From a virus (Duplodnaviria; Heunggongvirae; Uroviricota; Caudoviricetes), in the IMG/VR virus record IMGVR_UViG_3300042259_000129: a stretch of 21,831 nt of DNA; one strand, written 5' to 3'. The position numbers were made by a program, and so were the translations under genes. Numbering within the stretch: the first letter of the stretch is position 1; every line of letters begins with the position of its first letter. Below are positions 1 through 8,350 of this stretch, in pieces. A model generated the notes under the pieces. It did not search any database. It was not told the DNA's origin and saw nothing but the letters and a program-made list of their open reading frames with translations.

Positions 1-874
1 TTGCCTTATCTCGCGGCATATTACCTACATCGATATTGAATACAAATCTTTCTGGTGCTCTAACCAATCTATAAATGATTACAGATGTTTCAAGCATATT
101 CAATTGGTTAAATGGCTTTCTAGCTTTTTCAAGATAGCCAAATACTTTTGTTCTATCTACTGGGGAAAATTTTCCATAGTTCATATAAGAAATCTGGGAT
201 TTATTGAAAACTATAATATCTTTGTTATTTCTAGCATCTTCAATAGATCTAATTAATGAATTAGAAGTTCCCATTTTAAGATGTTGAATATATCCTTCAA
301 CCATGCTTTTTTCATAGTTGTAAATGAAGTCCATAGTCTCAGTGGGAAGTTTTTTCCAATATAGAATACCACGTTTAGAATTATTGACATCAATTACATT
401 TTCTAAATATAATTCTCCATCAATAAAATAATCTTCCATATAGTTTTGAATTTTAGTATTAAGTCTTAGTCTATTATAGATGAGCTCATTAAACTCATTC
501 ATAATATTCTTATTAGCATTTTTATTCTTCTCAAGTTTCTCATCTCTAAATACTAATTTAAAAATTTCATCACTATCATTAGGCATTGTTGATTCAATAA
601 CAGCATCCTCAATGACATCAGAAATTTCAGCATTAGCAGCTATTCTTCTATATTCTTCAATTTTCTTAAGTTTGGTATCAAGCTTCTGATATAGATATTT
701 GTCGTAAAACTGATTAGTTATTAGACCAGCTGCAGCAAATATTGGGTTCTCAAAACCTTCACCAAATTCAGATTCCTTTTTGTCTTTTTCCGTTCCAATG
801 TTTTTGAATTGTTTTAGCTCTTCATTAACATCATTGGAAAAGAAAAAATCCTTTAACCCTGTAAAAAACCCCAT
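1..874 (-). CDS. gp20: Portal protein, T4 gp20 family (5' part; runs off the left edge)
   Basis: Manual translation from ATG at 874: MGFFTGLKDFF...YLEKAKKPFNQLNMLETSVIIYRLVRAPERFVFNIDVGNMPRDKA, matching the gp20 motif YLH.A.KP.NQL..LED...IYR..RAP.RRVFYID.GN.P..KA. Absent from the ORF track because no stop codon lies in the window. Confidence 0.93.
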   Translation of the reverse strand, partial: MGFFTGLKDFFFSNDVNEELKQFKNIGTEKDKKESEFGEGFENPIFAAAGLITNQFYDKYLYQKLDTKLKKIEEYRRIAANAEISDVIEDAVIESTMPNDSDEIFKLVFRDEKLEKNKNANKNIMNEFNELIYNRLRLNTKIQNYMEDYFIDGELYLENVIDVNNSKRGILYWKKLPTETMDFIYNYEKSMVEGYIQHLKMGTSNSLIRSIEDARNNKDIIVFNKSQISYMNYGKFSPVDRTKVFGYLEKARKPFNQLNMLETSVIIYRLVRAPERFVFNIDVGNMPRDKA

Positions 875-875
875 A

Positions 876-1244
876 TTACTTTACCACCTTAATTCGTTTC
901 TTTAATTTTTCTAAATCTTCATCAGAATCCATTTCTGTTTCATCAACTACATAAGTCCATCTGGAATCTCGTTTTTGGATATATGAATTTTTTGATATCC
1001 CAATTGGCTTTTCAAAAGAAGCAATGTCTCCAGTAACAGTAGATTCACCAATAAAGTTATTTATTTTTATAACTAATTCAGATTCATTTTTTCGTTCTCA
1101 TTGTGAGAAACATACTGCAACTCGTTGATCATTATCCTTTCAACGTAAATTTCCCTTTTCATCTTTTTCATCAGCAATTGATGTTATACATCTACTTATA
1201 AAATCTTTTTTATTTTCATTTGATTTTGGTTCTGGAAGAGGCAT
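876..1244 (-). CDS. Small head-module protein, 122 aa, with 2 TGA read as Trp
   Basis: ATG at 1244 with AGGAG upstream: MPLPEPKSNENKKDFISRC...LR(W)KDNDQRVAVCFSQ(W)ERK...KRIKVVK, TAA at 876-878, one base before the portal ATG. The P.P...E...DFISRC...QR.AVC.SQW motif is a recurrent phage head-gene motif whose conserved W is here encoded by TGA. Confidence 0.8.
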
Positions 1245-1262
1245 TATTTTTTCTCCTATGAA

Positions 1263-1291
1263 TATAAATAACTATATATAAACTATTTATA
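1263..1291. promoter_or_regulatory. T4-type late promoter TATAAATA on the minus strand (1284-1291), plus an opposing copy on the plus strand (1263-1270)
   Basis: Exact match to the T4 gp55 late consensus about 40 nt upstream of the 1244 start. The 8-mer is AT-only, so chance hits are expected in this genome. Confidence 0.55.
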
Positions 1292-1386
1292 ATGAGAGAA
1301 GCTATGATTCTTTATTCTACCAATTGAAGTAAAAATTACAGAGCATAAGGTAAAAGACAAGAAAATTTCAAAGATTTTTGAATAAG

Positions 1387-1414
1387 AAAAAGGGAGCTAA
1401 ATGCTCCCTTTTTT
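1387..1414. terminator. Bidirectional intrinsic terminator downstream of the capsid paralogue
   Basis: AAAAA-GGGAGC-taaat-GCTCCC-TTTTTT, overlapping the capsid-gene stop codon. Confidence 0.85.
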
Positions 1415-2576
1415 ATGAATATAAAACGTCCATATTGGATACATCAACTTTTTGATAATAATTTTCTGCACCAAATATATTTTCGCCAATAGCATATCTT
1501 GAAAGTACTGAAACAGAATTCTGATATGAATTTTCATGCATAGACTGTAGCATCATAAAAATATAAGGAAGATAAAAAACTCCAGCATCTAGTTCAGTTG
1601 ATCCTTTATATCCTACAATATATTTATCTGTATCCCAGAAAATATTTCGATAAATCTTCATTCCATTAATTGTTCCAGCAAAACATACACGCTTATCTCA
1701 ATCATCCTGAAAATCGTTAAGCAGAGAAACAGCAAACTGTTGAGATGATTCTAAACAAGTACAAACATTTGCATTAGCAATTACAAAGTTTCCTACCCCG
1801 TGATTAGTAAGAGTTCCAATTCTATTGGCCAATGTAATAATATAGGAGACAAATGAATTGTACTTATCAGACTTATTATCGCCAGCAACAGTAGCAAAAT
1901 CTAGAGAGTTTGATGTAGCTACTGTGTCAAGTTTGTTAATAACTTCAAGATCAATTTCTGTAGCAATTTCTCTAGCAATAGCATCCCATGTTTGCTCTCT
2001 TAGATTAAGACTATGCATAGCAAAAACATCCTGAAAAAGCTCTTCAGAGAACGATGCTCTAAGCTTTCTTGAAACCGCTTCTGCTTGTTTTTTCTCAAGC
2101 TTGACATTCAACTCCTTAATAAGAGTATCATCACCAATTCCTAATCCTATATTTGTATTAGAACCTAAAGATTCCCCGGCAGATGTAGAATAGGAACCAG
2201 TATAGGTGCTATCTGCCTTATTGAATCCAACTTCAGTATCTGTTCCCCCAGCATAAGTTCCACTGGCGTAATATCTCAAAGCATAATATAGGCCAACAGG
2301 ACCAGACAAAGGCTGAACACCTACAATTTCTCTGGCAATCAATCTGTCCCAAGTTCTCTTTGATAACCCCAAAGAGAGTTTTTGGTAAATTCCATTTGTA
2401 TCATTATCTGCAATTGTACCTAGTGCCCCAGTAGTATAAGAAATTGCCTCTTCTAGTGTAAAGGAAGGATTAAATTTTCTTATAGTTTTAATTGTATTCT
2501 CTAACAAAGTAGAGATTTCATTAAAATGTTTTGATTTTTGTTCTTTCTCTGTAAATAATTTTAAGATTTCAGACAT
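1413..2576 (-). CDS. gp23/gp24-family capsid protein, 387 aa (probably a vertex or minor capsid paralogue); joins track ORFs 1698..2576 and 1413..1661 through one TGA
   Basis: Motifs IAREIVGVQPLSGPVGLYYALRY, SRKLRASFSEELFQD, AIAREIATEIDLEVI, then DD(W)DKRVCFAGTINGMKIYRN and GYKGSTELDAGVFYLPY are all gp23-family hallmarks. GGAGG lies upstream and the gene ends in TAA. Confidence 0.88.
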
Positions 2577-2621
2577 GAGTTAAATTCCTCCAGAATTTTA
2601 TGATTCACTTGATGTTTATAA

Positions 2622-2635
2622 TATTTATATAAATA
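2622..2635. promoter_or_regulatory. Overlapping divergent late promoters (perfect palindrome TATTTATATAAATA)
   Basis: TATAAATA on + at 2628-2635 points to terL. TATAAATA on - at 2622-2629 points to the capsid gene. Confidence 0.75.
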
Positions 2636-2661
2636 AATCAAACTATGAAAAGGCTTTTAAT

Positions 2662-4767
2662 ATGTCAATTAGATACGATGATAAATTTGTAAAGACCCCA
2701 GGAATGGAAAATGAATATACACCTGAGATGATATCAGATCTTGTTAGGTGTTCAGAAGATGTTTTGTATTTTCTTAATTTTGTTACTATTGTTACTATCG
2801 ATGGTGGCAGGAAAAAATTAGGGGATCTTCTTTACCCATTTCAGAAAAAAATGATTAAAATGTGTAAAGACAATCGTTATTTGGTTTTCTTGTTCTGCAG
2901 ACAATCGGGAAAGTGCGTTTCTTGGGACACAAAAATAAAAATTAGAAACAAAAAAACTGGAATAGAGGAAGAACTAACTATTGGAGAATTTTTTGATAAA
3001 TTAACAATATCTTCTTTTAATATAGATGATAAATTTGTTGAAAAGCGTTTCTGTGAAGATTATGAAATATGAACCCCAGAAGGGTGAAAAGATTTTTCTG
3101 GGGTTGGCAAAACTATTGAATATGATGAATATAAAGTATCATTATCAAATGGTATAGAATTAATATGTGCAGATAATCATATTTTATTTTCAAATAATAA
3201 AGAAATTTATGTCAAAGATTTAAGTGCAGGCAATTTTATAGAAACAGAAAATGGTGATATAGAAATTTCTAGTATTGAAAAACTAAACACATTTTCTAAT
3301 ATGTATGATTGTTTAGATGTTGATGGGGAATGTTATTATACTAATGGTATAAAGAGTCACAATTCAACTACAGTAGGGGCTTTTGCTCTTTGATATGCAA
3401 TTTTTAATTCTGATAAATTCATCGGAATTGCATCTAATAAAGCAAGTTCAGCAAAAGATCTTCTTAGACGTATTAAGATTATGTATGAGGAGCTGCCTTT
3501 TTGATTAAAACCTGGGGTTATAGAATATAACAAAAATTCCATTGAATTTGAAAATGGATCTAAAATTGAAACTGCTGGAACAACTGAAGACACATTCCGT
3601 GGGAGATCCTGTGTTCCCAAATATACAAAAGTTTGTGTGTGTGATGATAATGGAGATATTTTTTATACAACCATAGAAAAAACAAAAGCAATTTCATCTA
3701 ATATAAATAGATTTATGGGAGATGAAATGAATTTCAAAAATACTAAAAAATATTATATGGTGTATAAAACGACAAATTTAATTAATGGGAAATACTATAT
3801 AGGGTTCCATTCTACAAATGATTTGGATGATGGGTATTTGGGGTCTGGAAAATATATAAGAAGAGCTATTGAAAAATATGGACCAGAAAATTTTAAAAGA
3901 GAAATTATAATGGTGTTTGATAATAAAGAAGATGCAGAATTATTGGAAAGGGAACTTGTGAATGAAGAGTTTGTTAAAGATAACTCAAACTATAATTTAT
4001 CATTGGGTGGTAATGTGTGTATTTTATGTGGAGAAGCAAATGGCTTTTATGGCAGAAAACATTCTGATAAAACAAAAAAGCTCATTTCTGAAAAATCTAG
4101 AAATTATAAACATACTCCAAAAGCCAAAAAGTTAATTTCTATATCATCGAAAGAAAGATGAAAAAACAATGAATATAGGGAAAAACAAATAAAAGCTCTT
4201 AAAAATAGACCTCCAGTAAGTAAAGAAACAAGACAAAAATTATCAAATAAATTAAGAGGAAGAAGACTTTCTTTAGAACATAGAAAAAATATATCTACAA
4301 GTAGACTTTTAAAATTTACAAACATGAATTTAGAAGAATATAATACATGATATAATAAAACATTTACAGAAGAAAGAAATAAAAAATTAAGTAACTCTTT
4401 AAAGGGTCATAAAAAATCAGATGAATGAGTTGATAAAATAAATAGAAATCCTGAAAAAATTCGAAAAACAGCAGAAAAACATAGGGGTATGAAAAGAAGT
4501 GAAGTAACTCGAAAGCGTATATCAAATTCGCGAATAGGAAAGGATGCCCCAAATAAGGGTAAAATTCATATATATAATCCCCTAACATTAGAAACTATAC
4601 AAATCAGTAAAAATCATGAAATCCCAGATGGTTGATTGAAAGGAACAGGGAAAAAGAAAGAGTCCAGAAAAAATACTATTTGAATTCATAATGTAAAAAC
4701 AAAAGAAATAAAAATGTATGATAAAGATAAAAACTTACCAGAAGGATGATCAATAGGAAGAAAGTAA
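2662..4767 (+). CDS. terL: Terminase large subunit N-terminal precursor, 701 aa: extein 1, mini-intein, extein 2, N-fragment of a split intein, GIY-YIG endonuclease; 10 in-frame TGA
   Basis: Continuous frame once TGA=W: YPFQKKM, Walker A RQSGK|intein|STT, AL(W)YAIFN, ELPF(W)LKPG, TFRGRS|CVPKYTKV, then the endonuclease, ending in TAA at 4765-4767. Confidence 0.9.
2914..3363 (+). mobile_element. Cis mini-intein (150 aa, no endonuclease) in the TerL Walker A motif
   Basis: Starts CVSWDTKI after RQSGK, has block B ICADNHIL and block F MYDCLDV, and ends NGIKSHN followed by the +1 Ser. Confidence 0.92.
3610..3690 (+). mobile_element. N-fragment (about 27 aa) of an atypically split intein
   Basis: CVPKYTKVCVCDDNGDIFYTTIEK is an intein block A directly after extein RGRS. 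The rest of the Hint fold is missing from this ORF. The right boundary is approximate. Confidence 0.8.
3691..3729 (+). promoter_or_regulatory. Late promoter inside an RBS/ATG-sequestering hairpin of the GIY-YIG gene
   Basis: ATTTCATCT (3691-3699) pairs with AGATGAAAT (3720-3728). TATAAATA (3702-3709) is in the loop, and the GGAG site and ATG 3727 overlap the 3' arm. Confidence 0.7.
3727..4767 (+). mobile_element. GIY-YIG homing endonuclease (Seg-like) with NUMOD3-type repeats, 346 aa from its own ATG; 6 TGA
   Basis: YMVYKTTNLINGKYYIG, YLGSG, YNLSLGG; repeats such as GRKHSDKTKKLISE and GMKRSEVTRKRISNSRIG; C-terminal IPDG(W)LKG and LPEG(W)SIGR. Confidence 0.9.
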
Positions 4768-5069
4768 TGGAAATATTAACACACAAAGGATTTAAACCAT
4801 TTGATGGGTTTATAAATCAAGGAAAATCAACATTGATAAAATTTGATTTATCAACCAATGAAACTATAGATTGCACACATAATCACAAATTTCTTTTGTC
4901 TGATGGTATTACTTTTAAAGAAGCTAAAGATATTATTGTTGGTGATATTCTTTTTCCAAAAACAACAGTATTAGAAAAAGAATATCAATGGGATGATATA
5001 GAAGTTTTCGACGCATTGAATGTACAAGACACACAATCATATTGAACAAATGGTGTAATATCACACAAT
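4767..5069 (+). mobile_element. C-fragment of the split intein (blocks B, F and G; terminal HN; +1 Cys at 5070)
   Basis: TIDCTHNHKFL (TxxH), VFDALNV, TNGVISHN-C. Confidence 0.88.
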
Positions 5070-6131
5070 TGTTCAATGCTTCTCCTCGACGAGCTAGCCT
5101 TCGTCTCAGATAACATTGCTAGAGAATTTTATACTTCAGTCTATCCAGCAATTTCATCTTCTGATGAAGCAAAAATTATTATTATTTCTACTCCAAATGG
5201 TGTATTCAATCTCTTTCATGAAATTTATTCTGGAGCTGAAACAAGTAAAAACGAATACAAGCATATGAAAGTCACTTGGGACATGATACCTGGTAGAAAT
5301 AAAAAATGAAAAGAAAAACAAATTAAAAACATGGGAAACATACAGAAGTTCAACCAGGAATTTGAGGTCGAGTTTCTTGGGTCATCAAATACCGTTGTTT
5401 CCACTGAAGCCATTGGATATATTAACACTACTCTAGAAGACCCCATTGCTATGGATCTTAATGAAAGACTTAGGGTTTATCTTAAACCAAAAGATGGAGA
5501 AAAATATCTCATCGGTGTTGATCCGTCTAAAGGATCGGGAGCTCATGATGCTTGTATACAAATTTATAGAATAGATTCATTTAAACCAGTAAAATTAGTT
5601 AATGCAGCAACATTCCAGTCCAATGTTACTGACACCTATGAACTTTCTTCTATCATTAATAGATTATCAATTTACTATAATGATGCTATTATCGGTATTG
5701 AGAATAATGCTGAAGGATCCACAGTTTCACAGAATCTTTGGTGGGTCTTTGAAAACCCAAACCTTTATAATTCAGGAAACAAAGAAAACGAGATTGGCAT
5801 TAGAGCAACTTCTTCATCAAAGACAAAAGCTGTTATTACAATGAAGAAACTCATTGAAGATGGATCACTAATAGTTAAAGATAGGGAAACAGCTAAACAA
5901 ATTTCAACATTCATTGAAAAAAACGGAAAATTTTCTTCAAGCGCAGACACCGGGGATGACCTTGTCTCGGCTCTTTATTGGTTATGTTTCCTTATTGATA
6001 CTCAACTTTTTGAAGATGATGTTGACCTATTTAAAAACAAAGAAGAAGATGAGGATGTATGAGGGATTCTAGCAGACATTGATGATGATCACTATCTTGA
6101 AAATGCAGACTGATCTTGAATGAACACATAA
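4767..6131 (+). CDS. terL: Terminase large subunit C-terminal precursor, 454 aa: intein C-fragment (101 aa) plus Walker B and nuclease domain; 5 in-frame TGA
   Basis: ATG overlaps the upstream stop (TAATG). MEILTHKGFKPF...CTHNHKF...SY(W)TNGVISHN|CSMLLLDELAF, IIIISTPNG, FNQEFEVEFLGS, IGVDPSKG, DDLVSAL; TAA at 6129-6131. Confidence 0.9.
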
Positions 6132-6165
6132 ATAATTATAATTCAAATTAGAAAGGAATTATAAT

Positions 6166-6600
6166 ATGAAAACATGTCTTGTTCACAGGGGATCAATGGT
6201 TACTGTCAAAGCAGGAAAAAACAACATTTTCAAAATCAGAATTGATCTACTCAAAAATCTTGTTTATAAGAAAAAAGAACTAAACAAAAAATTTCTTGAA
6301 TTAACTACATTAAAAGGGTTTTCCCCTGTATTACTAATCGAAGAAGAAAAAGTACCATCATTAATCAAAATCACACTTGAAGATGGTTTTGCATTTCAAG
6401 TTTCCCATGACACCAAACTTATCCTAGTCAACAATACAGCAGTCAAAGCAAAAAAACTCAATATTTCAAGTATATTATTTGGAAGAAAAAAGATTAAGAA
6501 TATTGAAGAAATAGTTGCTGCAAATGGATTTGAAATGTATTCTATTCAAATGAAAACATCAAATTCAGTATTCGTAGATGATATTGCTATTGAGCTTTAG
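6166..6600 (+). CDS. Free-standing degenerate Hint/intein-like protein, 144 aa
   Basis: Collinear resemblance to intein blocks: (C)LVHRGSMV, ELTTLKGFSPV, IKITLEDGFAFQVSHDTKLI, VKAKKL, EMYSIQM, SVFVDDI. The block B His and terminal HN are absent. The CDS is secure and the fold is a by-eye assignment. Confidence 0.6.
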   Translation: MKTCLVHRGSMVTVKAGKNNIFKIRIDLLKNLVYKKKELNKKFLELTTLKGFSPVLLIEEEKVPSLIKITLEDGFAFQVSHDTKLILVNNTAVKAKKLNISSILFGRKKIKNIEEIVAANGFEMYSIQMKTSNSVFVDDIAIEL

Positions 6601-6687
6601 ATTTCAAATTTAGATTCTAATCCACCCATAATAAATTATAAAATAATAATATAGAAAATTTTTTATATATATTCTATCAATGCATTC

Positions 6688-6753
6688 GGCAGGAAATTGA
6701 ACGTGACTTACCTAGACTAATTTAATCTAAGAAGAAACATTCAATTTCCTGCC
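6688..6753. repeat. 14-bp perfect inverted repeat (hairpin) between the convergent terL-Hint operon and the ncRNA
   Basis: GGCAGGAAATTGAA (6688-6701) and TTCAATTTCCTGCC (6740-6753). Confidence 0.85.
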
Positions 6754-6759
6754 AAACAC

Positions 6760-7297
6760 ATCCCGTTCTCATTACCCCACAAAAGAGCTTTGAAACAGTA
6801 TGCATTGCGGCGAGGTTCCTTATGTTTTCCTACGTTCTGTTTGGTTGATTAAGCCAAGTTCAGGTATGGTCTAGTTTGATCTGAACTTCTTGGGCATTCA
6901 TATGCTCCCAATCTACAAAACGATCTTCCCTTTCCCGTTAATAAATTTTGATCACTAAGAACACTAGCAAAAATCAAAATCGTTACAAGAAACTAGTACA
7001 GTCGGATTCTATCCTCTCCAGCAGATGGCTTTAGGATAACGTCTGCTGGGCATTTATGCCGGTGGCTCATGAAGGGATTGGACCTAGCATGAGTCAAATT
7101 GACACAAAAGTCACTCGCGTGAAATTCATACATCCCCTTTGGTTGCTTCAGGGGCGGATCTTGCATTGTCATTGACAATGGGACAAACATTTTATGAAGA
7201 AGTCGTCCTCACTCGGAAATATTTTACCAAGCGCTCACTAATTAGCTCTTAACCAACTAGCAAGTCCAAACTCTTAATTCCACCTATTCAAATATCA
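6760..7297 (-). ncRNA. Candidate large structured non-coding RNA (about 540 nt, or about 610 nt with the 3' hairpin); family not assigned
   Basis: Higher GC than its flanks and no credible ORF. At least 7 local inverted repeats (6856-63/6881-88, 6945-52/6973-80, 7018-25/7042-49, 7065-70/7088-93, 7134-38/7150-54, 7164-70/7174-80, 7238-45/7253-60) and a possible end-closing helix 7265-75 with 6783-94. Early-type and late-type promoters on the minus strand point into it. Ends are approximate. Confidence 0.65.
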
Positions 7298-7305
7298 ATT
7301 AAACT

Positions 7306-7390
7306 TATTTATAAAATAATTTATCTACTTCGGTATCAATTGTAAACAAAGAATTTTTAAGGTTTACAAGTTAAATTTCTCATTTATAAT
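7306..7390. promoter_or_regulatory. Divergent promoter cluster: minus-strand late (7306-7313) and early (TTTGTTTACA 7350-7341, 17 nt, TAAATT); plus-strand early (TTTACA 7363-7368, 16 nt, TATAAT 7385-7390)
   Basis: Matches the T4 early GTTTAC...TAnnnT consensus and the late TATAAATA consensus. Confidence 0.6.
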
Positions 7391-7431
7391 AAAAACATCT
7401 GGAAAACTCTAAAAAAGAGGATAAAATAAAT

Positions 7432-7499
7432 TATCTAACTATTTCAATAACTTAGGAATCCACCAAGTTTTATGAATATCTAATGATTTCAATAACTTA
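7432..7499. repeat. Two 23-bp direct repeats TATCTAAnnATTTCAATAACTTA with a 45-bp period
   Basis: 7432-7454 and 7477-7499 are 21/23 identical, in a non-coding gap. Confidence 0.8.
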
Positions 7500-7618
7500 T
7501 ATGAAAAATCCAGAAATTATGAAAAAACTGTGTATATTATATTAGTATTTTGAGAGTTTTTCCTAGTTTTCAAGATTTTTAAATTTTAACTAATAATTTT
7601 AATATGTTAGGAGACCAT

Positions 7619-8347
7619 ATGATCACAATGGAATTTCTATATGTAGAATACCTCAAAATGAAAGGAATTATAAATAATAGACCATATAGACTACCAAAGA
7701 ACCCTGATCTTTCATTAGAAAAGCTAAGACAATCTAATCAAGCTAACTATGACAAGATTAAAACACTCTCAGATTATTTTAATACCAAATGGCAAAATAT
7801 TGATCCAATCAAGTATCTTGAAACGGGGTTCAAATTATTCCCAAAATTCACTTATACGAATTTCCTCAATGATAAAATTTTAAAGCAGTACATTCAAAAT
7901 GATAAGATTCAAAAATTTCATTGTGAAGCATGTAAAAAACAAATTTTAAAAAGTTTTAAATTCATGAAAGGAATTCTAAAGAAAGATCAAAGGAATTCAA
8001 TATTAGAATATTGTAAATCTAAAAATGAATTTTCATTAAATGTTGTTAATGATTATATTCGGGGTCATATTGACCCTTATACATTCCTTTATTTACTACT
8101 TAAAAAATATATAATATTATCTATAGATGAGAAAGAAAAAATTTCAGATTTCTTAAATAATATATCAAAATACAGATCTTATGTAAAAGACGAATGGGAG
8201 TTATTTACGAAAATGGAAAAAATTGTAAATGAAAGTTTATTGATCACCGACCCACCCTCTGGTAACTTGATCTTAGGTGATAAAACTTTAGAAGAGATTG
8301 AAGAGGAAAAGAAAAAGTTTAATAAGATGAAGTTGTTAGAGGAATAA
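7619..8347 (+). CDS. Hypothetical protein, possibly a T4 gp59-like helicase loader
   Basis: AGGAG at 7609-7613 favours ATG 7619. Weak by-eye similarity to gp59 in FLYVEYLKMK and VNDYIRGHIDPYTFLYL. The function is tentative. Confidence 0.5.
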   Translation: MITMEFLYVEYLKMKGIINNRPYRLPKNPDLSLEKLRQSNQANYDKIKTLSDYFNTKWQNIDPIKYLETGFKLFPKFTYTNFLNDKILKQYIQNDKIQKFHCEACKKQILKSFKFMKGILKKDQRNSILEYCKSKNEFSLNVVNDYIRGHIDPYTFLYLLLKKYIILSIDEKEKISDFLNNISKYRSYVKDEWELFTKMEKIVNESLLITDPPSGNLILGDKTLEEIEEEKKKFNKMKLLEE

Positions 8348-8350
8348 TCA

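Noticed and set aside
1263-1410. Small plus-strand RNA or ORF from TATAAATA at 1263 to the bidirectional terminator
   Set aside because: No ORF with a good start and no structure. An AT-only 8-mer occurs by chance in this genome, for example inside a gene near 7669.
3690-4767. Group I intron carrying the GIY-YIG gene, as in T4 td
   Set aside because: Coding sequence abuts both junctions, leaving no room for an intron core.
4746-4770. Programmed -1 frameshift joining the two terL ORFs
   Set aside because: No X-XXY-YYZ slippery site or stimulatory hairpin is evident. The TAATG overlap with an upstream AGGAAG fits re-initiation better, though a frameshift is not formally excluded.
6993-7190. 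65-aa minus-strand ORF inside the structured region
   Set aside because: No RBS or recognisable motif, and composition unlike the phage genes. The dense inverted repeats are better explained by RNA structure.
6800-7230. RNase P RNA identification from the GAGGA, ACAGAAC and GAACTTGGCTTA fragments on the minus strand
   Set aside because: I could not find the GAGGAAAGUCC segment or a complementary P4 pseudoknot partner in the right order.
6690-7290. tmRNA or group I/II intron identification
   Set aside because: The GGTGGAAT 5' end has no matching acceptor/T-arm/CCA 3' end, there is no domain V or P7-type core, and there are no flanking exons.
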